DNA of 64,000 nucleotides from Flaccisagitta enflata (taxonomy: Eukaryota). Both the position numbers and the translations under genes were made by a program. Position 1 is the first letter of the stretch. The number at the start of each line of letters is the position of its first letter. The notes beneath the pieces are model-generated. The model made no database searches and had not been told where the DNA came from. It was given only the letters and a program-made list of their open reading frames with translations. Positions 1 to 64,000 of this stretch are shown here, one piece after another. The stretch spans positions 27,776,001-27,840,000 of the forward strand of contig OZ231126.1 of NCBI GenBank assembly GCA_965153355.1, read 5' to 3'.

Positions 1-119
1 TAAACTAAGTCATTCTAAGTCATTCTAAGTCATTCTGTTTATAACAGATTCTGTTAGAATAGCATGCGACTTTTAGGTGTTGGCCTTGTTTTTCCTTTTT
101 TTACAAGTGAGAGTTGTAA

Positions 120-281
120 AAGTAGTAATAGTAGCAGCAAAAGTAGTAGTAGTATCAGTAGCAGTAGTAGTAATAGTAGTAGTAGTAGTTGTAGTAGTAA
201 AAGTAGTAGTCGTAGTAAAAGTAGTAGTAGCAGTAATATTAGTTATATGTTAGTTGTAGAGTAGTACTAGCAGTGGTTGAG

Positions 282-368
<87 letters not shown>

Positions 369-447
369 ACAGTAGCTATAACAGTAGTATTAATAATAGT
401 AATATCAGTAGTAGTGATATCTATATCATTGATAGTATTAGTAGTAA
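120..447. repeat. (GTA)n microsatellite
   Basis: Direct reading of the sequence. Confidence 0.95.
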
Positions 448-1230
448 TGGATCAAGTCAAGGAAAAATAAGAACAAATTAAGAGAATTCGAGGCTGAAAA
501 TGACTTGGAATTTAAGAACACTCAGGCTGAGTTGAAAAAAGGTTGTCTCTTATAAAAAAAAAAAAGTGTAATCTCTCTAAACGATTCATGCGGTTCGTCT
601 TTTGAGCGAGCGATGAATCCCTTTCGTGCCGTACAAACTAGGTCCATCTTTTCGCGAGTCTTTCAAGCTCTCGCCCACTGAAGGATGGTTGCATCGTCGT
701 CGCCCGCGTCTCGTCATTACGACGGTCGAGACGTTAACCCATTAACCCAATAACCCCAAGGCATTCCATGTCTCTAAGATGCAGCAATGCAATTTGGCAA
801 TTATTAGCTGAATCAATTTTTGCATTCGGTCAGGCGCGAAAAAATGGCGCAGGGTAAATAACGCGCCAATTTTAGTCACGTGCTACGCGATTCTACACCC
901 CGCTATGTCCGTCCATTGGTCGGTTGGTCCCCATTTTACTCTTTCTATGTTTTTGGGGTCTTTGGCTTCACTGCTCCTGCCCGAATGATCTGGTAACACA
1001 ATTACTGTCCCTGCCCACCCGCACGCGACTGGGGTAGCCGTGTAACCGGCCTTGTTAGTTTCGGTGGTGCATAACCGCTCCATGGCTGAAAGCGAATTCT
1101 ATGCCACTCACCCCCAGCTCCCAAGGCCCTATCCCTATCGACCATATCATGATGTAAAACAATAATCATAAGATTGAGGAAGCATTTAATCTTATCCCTC
1201 ATCATCCCTCCTACCCTCTCCTCTCCTCAG

Positions 1231-62332
<61,102 letters not shown>

Positions 62333-62772
62333 GTGGGTGGGTGATGAGGCTTGGGAAGTAAAAAATGGAAATAGAAACAGAGGATATGAAAGAGAAAAAA
62401 AAGAAAAAAGGTCCGTATTGTATAATACACAAAAGGACATGAGATGCATATTGACAGGTGGCAAAGTTGCGGTAGAAAGCAGTATCTCCACCTCTGGCAG
62501 AAAATAAAATTGTGAGGTGGCATTCACTTGAAAAAAAAAAGCTTTTAAGCTACGACAATTTAAATTTATTTACGTAAAAAAACAGAAAATCCTTTACAAC
62601 TTGAAATTATTGAGGTCTCGTAGATTGTGCAAGGAAACTGTCAACTCAGTAAAAAGATAAATTGGAATCACCAATCTTCGATAGAAACATATTTTGTGCG
62701 AGAAATAGTTTTCTGATCCAGTTTATATTCTCTATTTTGATAAAAGTAAACTAAAGAGTAAACAAAAGACTT

Positions 62773-62990
62773 CTATCTGACACAAACGACGCATTGTAGT
62801 TCTCGGCCTTCTCTGTATCTCGGGCATGGTAGATCGTTGCAGCTGGCTTCCACCGGCGTGATTTTGGCGGCGACTCCGGCGTCTTGCTTCCCCAAAGCGT
62901 GCACGTCCGGACTTCCGGCGACGCAGACGTAATTCGTCTTTAACGGTTGTTGACGCGACGTCGTCACTCGAGGATTCTCTTCCTCGTTAC
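62773..62990 (-). CDS. Terminal exon of a 'short-chain collagen C4-like' (spongin-NC1-related) cysteine-rich protein
   Basis: Strong acceptor (ctcctctgttcag) and TAG stop. YVCVAGSP...ITPVEASCNDLPCPRYREGRELQCVVCVR* matches the recalled family C-terminus (P-VEA-C-LPC-Y-GREL-C-VC). Confidence 0.7.
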
Positions 62991-63766
62991 CTGAACAGAG
63001 GAGAGAAAAAAAATCTCGTTTGGAATTTCGCAGGAAGAGAAATGAGAAGGAACACTGTCTTTGATCTAAGAGATTGGGAGATGTTATTAGATAAGTCAAG
63101 ATTTGAAAAGAATTCATTACATATCCCTCTATCTGCTCCATCTCTAGGTTACATTTTGCCGCCTTTTATTTTTAAGCTTTAATCTAACAGAAAGGGAGAT
63201 GTACAGATGAATGACAAAAGACACTGGCGATATTTGCCTCTCTGTGTACGCTAGAGGGGGTCATACAGGGTTGATTTTGGAAATTCCTTATGGAACTCTG
63301 GAATCTGGGGGTTGATTGTGTGTAGAAAAGGTAAGAAAAAAATTTGGGTATCTTTCTTTTGAGGAAAAATAATCCATTTTTGATAAAAAATGAGGTATCC
63401 AATAGGCGAAAATCGCGAAAATTGCAAAAATCGCGAAAATTGCCAAGATAGAGGCCATTGGTAGTAGCCATCAGGACACTACAAAACATTCATTTTTGGT
63501 TTAGATGATGTATTTTTGCCTTACCCTTACCATTTATGGTAAAGTTTAGGCTTTTAATGCAAGATTTTTCTCATTTTCAGAGCTTTATTCATAATGCTGT
63601 AAAGCCAAATATAAGCAAAAATCAAAGAAATCTGTTGTGTGATAGAAAAAATTGATCCTGATTATTCTAAAAAATAAGTGTTCTTGTTATTCTTAGATTC
63701 CTTTCCCTTGCATGTTAAAGAAATAACATTTTTTATCCATACAATAATTGCAAAAAAAGACAAATA

Positions 63767-63940
63767 CAGTAGAGCTTCACTAGAAGGCACCCGCTAATAG
63801 GGCATGCCCGCCTATAAGGCATACAACTTGCAGTCCCATAAGAAATTTTGTAGTTAATCTTATACTGGCAATAAGGCAGCTTCACTATTAGGCATAATTC
63901 AGCCCAGTCCCTTCGAATGCGCTCTAGTGAAGCTTAACTG
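63767..63940. mobile_element. Short pogo/Tigger-like MITE
   Basis: ta|CAGTAGAGCTTCACTAGA...TCTAGTGAAGCTTAACTG|ta. Confidence 0.7.
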
Positions 63941-64000
63941 TATAAGCAAAATCAATAAAAAATGCAAAAATCAGTGCTCAAGCTTCTTCCTCCAGGACCT

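Overview
Repeat-rich animal (probably invertebrate) genomic DNA. The whole window lies inside one + strand gene, CARMIL/LRRC16: 15 GT-AG coding exons (1231-62332) chain in consistent phase, and both gene ends lie outside the window. Its large introns host other genes. (1) A complete 12-exon long-chain acyl-CoA synthetase of the ACSL1/5/6 type (- strand, 8028-12863). (2) An SPPL2-type GxGD intramembrane protease on the same strand as the host (~13.7-28.2 kb). (3) A very divergent Venus-flytrap (class C GPCR/ANF-receptor-like) gene or pseudogene with no detectable 7TM (- strand, 38428-45611), plus a decayed paralog (~32.0-35.5 kb). (4) A 4-exon orphan with a C-terminal membrane anchor (+ strand, 50139-51039). 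(5) The last exon of a 'short-chain collagen C4-like' protein (- strand, 62773-62990). The rest is microsatellites, DINE/HINE-like elements, foldback MITEs (some nested, with TSDs verifiable from the mirrored arm) and a Tc1 transposase relic. All gene models and homology calls were made by eye from translations and recalled family motifs; no database search was run.
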